Shown here one piece after another: positions 61,392-64,000 of a stretch of DNA of 64,000 nt. The stretch is from Leucoraja ocellata (lineage: Eukaryota): assembly GCA_036785375.1 (NCBI GenBank), contig JAWMAR010000105.1, positions 6,448,001-6,512,000 on the forward strand, in the 5' to 3' direction. The translations under genes and the position numbers were made by a program. Positions within the stretch are counted from its first letter, which is position 1. Each line of letters opens with the position of its first letter. The notes under the pieces are model-generated. The model had not been told where the DNA came from and ran no database searches. It saw only the letters and a list, made by a program, of their open reading frames with translations.

Positions 61392-62459
61392 TTGTGATAT
61401 GGAATCAAATTCACTCTCACAGAATTTATGTGAGAAAAGTACATTAATATTTTTAACAACTCACATTTTGTGCTGCACACACAGAAAACATGATGTGGAA
61501 AAACAAAATAGGGGCAGTTTTCGCAGTACTCGGTTCTCCTGTAATACATTGTTTTAATAAGAGTGTATTTGCCAACCTAATGTGCAAAATCATTCTAAGA
61601 TAATTTGAGTTACTCGTATTTTGTTCTCCATGATTCATCTTTTACTATATATTGTATTTGGATATGCAAGGAGGATGTGCATTAAAAAGTGAGCAGATAA
61701 TACTGCATGTGGGGATTATTTGTACAAAGTCCTTCACTTCAGGCACCCGATTAATATGTTTTAATAATTCACCTTATGTCGAGTTTAATAACATGTAGAT
61801 TTTGTGTTTTATTTCATCTAATTTGAGAGACTATCTGGTTGGCCAGTTAGTTCAATGGAGTGGCAATTATGCTATTTGAAGTTCAATCTTGTGTGCCCTC
61901 TCAAAACTAAATGGGAATGTGTGTGAGGAAAGATAATGGTAACCTTGCTTGAAGAATGGCACGGACCTTCCAAATAAAATGTTGCAGAGTGGCTTTAAAC
62001 TACTGTCTGTTATCTACCTAACTATAAAAAAGTTCAAGATTCCTGAGCAATGCCGGAAATCCAGAAGCTCCAAGCTTCTATTCCCAGAACGGTAATGCTG
62101 TGCAGTTGGATTCCTAGTAAGTTATATCCCTTTAACCATCAACAATCTTCCAAAGTGTTTGTTATTTTGGTTGTGTCTGCTCTAAGGATTCAATAGGAAC
62201 ATTGCATTTTTGGGCCATTGCAAGTTGAGCCACAGGTAGTTTTCCGTTGTTCTATCGGCTTTTTTCCCCATATTGGACAAAACACATGGCAATCGGCTGG
62301 AATAACTTTGATCTGCTAAATATCCTCCAGAATATGACTGTGCAGTAGCAAAATCTATTAATACAAATTTAGAATGGATTTTATGTTGACTGATATAGTT
62401 CACAGACATGCAAATGGGCTCTTATTATGCCCAATACAAACAGAACATGCTGCAAGTAC

Positions 62460-63028
62460 AGGGCCTGTCCCACCAGCATGCGATTGCATGCGTCTAGCGC
62501 GACCAAACGTGGTGGCTTAAGGCGTACGGCCTTGCGGGGCCGGTCTCACTTCCAACCACGGAGGATGGTCCCGACATCATACTCACCAATCAGCTGGGCA
62601 GTAGACGGGCCGACTGAATTTGGACGTTGCATGGCGTCGGGCGGTTACGTCATCACGCAACGGCACGCCGGGCGGTGATGTCATCGCGCAATGCCACGCG
62701 CTAGGCGTACGCCGTCAAGACGCTGCGTACGGCTTCAAGATGCTGCGTACGGCGTCAAGACACTGCGTACCGCGTTGAAACAGTGCGTACGCCCGTCGAG
62801 GAGCTGCGTATGGCCTCAATGCGGCTGCGGGCCGACAGGCCGTTGCCGCGCGGAATTTTTGGACAGTGTCAGTTTTTCGGAGCCCCGTGCGATGTCGGGA
62901 CCAGCCCCACACAACTCCATACGGCTCCGGCGATCGAAGTGGGACCGGCCCCGCGAGGCCGTACGGCTCAAGCGACCATGGTAGGTCGCGCTCGCCGCAT
63001 GCAGTCGCATGCTGGTGGGACAGGCCCT
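62460..63028. mobile_element. MITE (non-autonomous DNA transposon), probably PIF/Harbinger superfamily
   Basis: 33-bp TIRs AGGGCCTGTCCCACCAGCATGCGA(T/C)TGCATGCG at 62460-62492 and 62996-63028 (1 mismatch), extending imperfectly to about 90 bp. 3-bp TSD TAC at 62457-62459 and 63029-63031. No transposase ORF. Confidence 0.9.
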
Positions 63029-63109
63029 TACTCAGCAGCTAAGATGGCAACTATGGATCCAGAAGCAGGGTTAATGTTTGAGGCTGAAAACCCCTGGTCA
63101 GAATTTAAC

Positions 63110-63216
63110 CATTCTGATGAAGGGTCCTCAATCTTAAAGCTTAACTCTATTTCACTTTCCACAACTTATTTAACATTTCCAGCATTCTCTGTATTTACTT
63201 CATCTGCAGTGTTTTG
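63110..63216 (+). mobile_element. Old PLE terminal-repeat remnant
   Basis: ttctgatgaagggtc...ttaactctatttcactttccaca...tttccagcattctctg...catctgcagtgttttg. Confidence 0.6.
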
Positions 63217-64000
63217 ACTTCCTTATACAACCCAGTTCTTATGGCAGACACCCTCCAAAGACAGGCTTGTATTGATTAACCTTTCTGCTGCCAAGATCGT
63301 CAGTGGAATAGACTGGGTAAACTCAATTTAACCCAAGCCACTGAAATTAAAGTTTGATATTCGGAATCTGAACTATCGTTTCAACTTGTGAGAATTTAAA
63401 TCTTTTGGCAAGCTTATCCAAGTGCTCCGTTCTAATTATTTATCTTTTGAATAATTGAGTATCCTTTCACGGAATCTGATCAGATGACTAATTCCTGAAA
63501 CAATGATCCTTTTAAGCACCAGTGCTGCATTAAATGAGCAGAAAGACTGTGCGAAAGGAGTGATATCAGAGCACTAAAGGGGGACTGATACAGCACTAAG
63601 GATTCAACAAAGCATCATTTGGTATGATTGAGCACCACTTGGTTTGCGTTCAAGTGGCCTTTTATTTGTATCTTGAAAGGAATCTCAAGCACATGGTTTG
63701 GCTGGATGTCCAACTGGAATGCTCTCAAGGTTTATGTTGCCGCCTCCAACTGGCATCCTCCCCATCAATGAAAAGACCCACATTCCATCTGAGCTTAAAC
63801 CAAGCAGGTCACTTTTTGAACTACAGAACACCACTTCCTATCCAAGCTGCCAATTGGCACCATCTCAAAAGCTTGCTATAATGATTCAGCCTGTTAGATG
63901 GGGGAAGATCAGGCTATCAGTGGGAGATCCTATTTATTAGCCTGCTAGAGATACAAGTCCAGGACTGGCAACATCACTCTCAATAAATGGCTTATTTCCG

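Larger units (their letters stand above)
125..64000 (+). other. Intron 2 of the G-alpha gene, continuing past the window
   Basis: Starts at the GTAAGT donor. No IIHEDG...YSNT-type exon 3 was seen by eye, and the region is repeat-dominated. Confidence 0.7.

Noticed and set aside
62427-63217. Several Arg/Ala-rich ORFs
   Set aside because: They lie in the GC-rich MITE and have no transposase motifs.

Overview
Vertebrate genomic DNA, most likely from a skate or ray, judging by HE1-type V-SINEs with (CTAAA)n tails and their CR1/HER1 partner LINEs. The only host coding sequence I can support is a 43-bp exon at 82-124 (+) encoding the G-protein alpha P-loop (G)AGESGKSTIVKQM(K). This is exon 2 of a Gi/o-family gene. 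I found no exon 3 by eye, so the rest looks like one intron of at least 63.9 kb, which points to GNAO1 (inference). The intron holds a CpG island (~2490-3200), many CR1 LINE fragments and tRNA-derived SINEs, Rex1-like fragments, two decayed Penelope-like elements (PLEs), a CpG-rich Harbinger-type MITE and some minisatellites. The most interesting signal is small RNA-structured retroelements. (1) About 20 copies of a 100-220 bp PLE terminal-repeat family carry a minimal hammerhead-ribozyme core; many have target-site duplications (TSDs) and several are palindromes. (2) One 122-bp TSD-flanked element starts with what looks like a partly deleted HDV-like ribozyme. There is also a 161-bp inverted template-switch duplication between two SINEs. 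Repeat boundaries were read by eye (about +/-10-30 bp unless a TSD is given), and family names come from motif recognition, not database searches.
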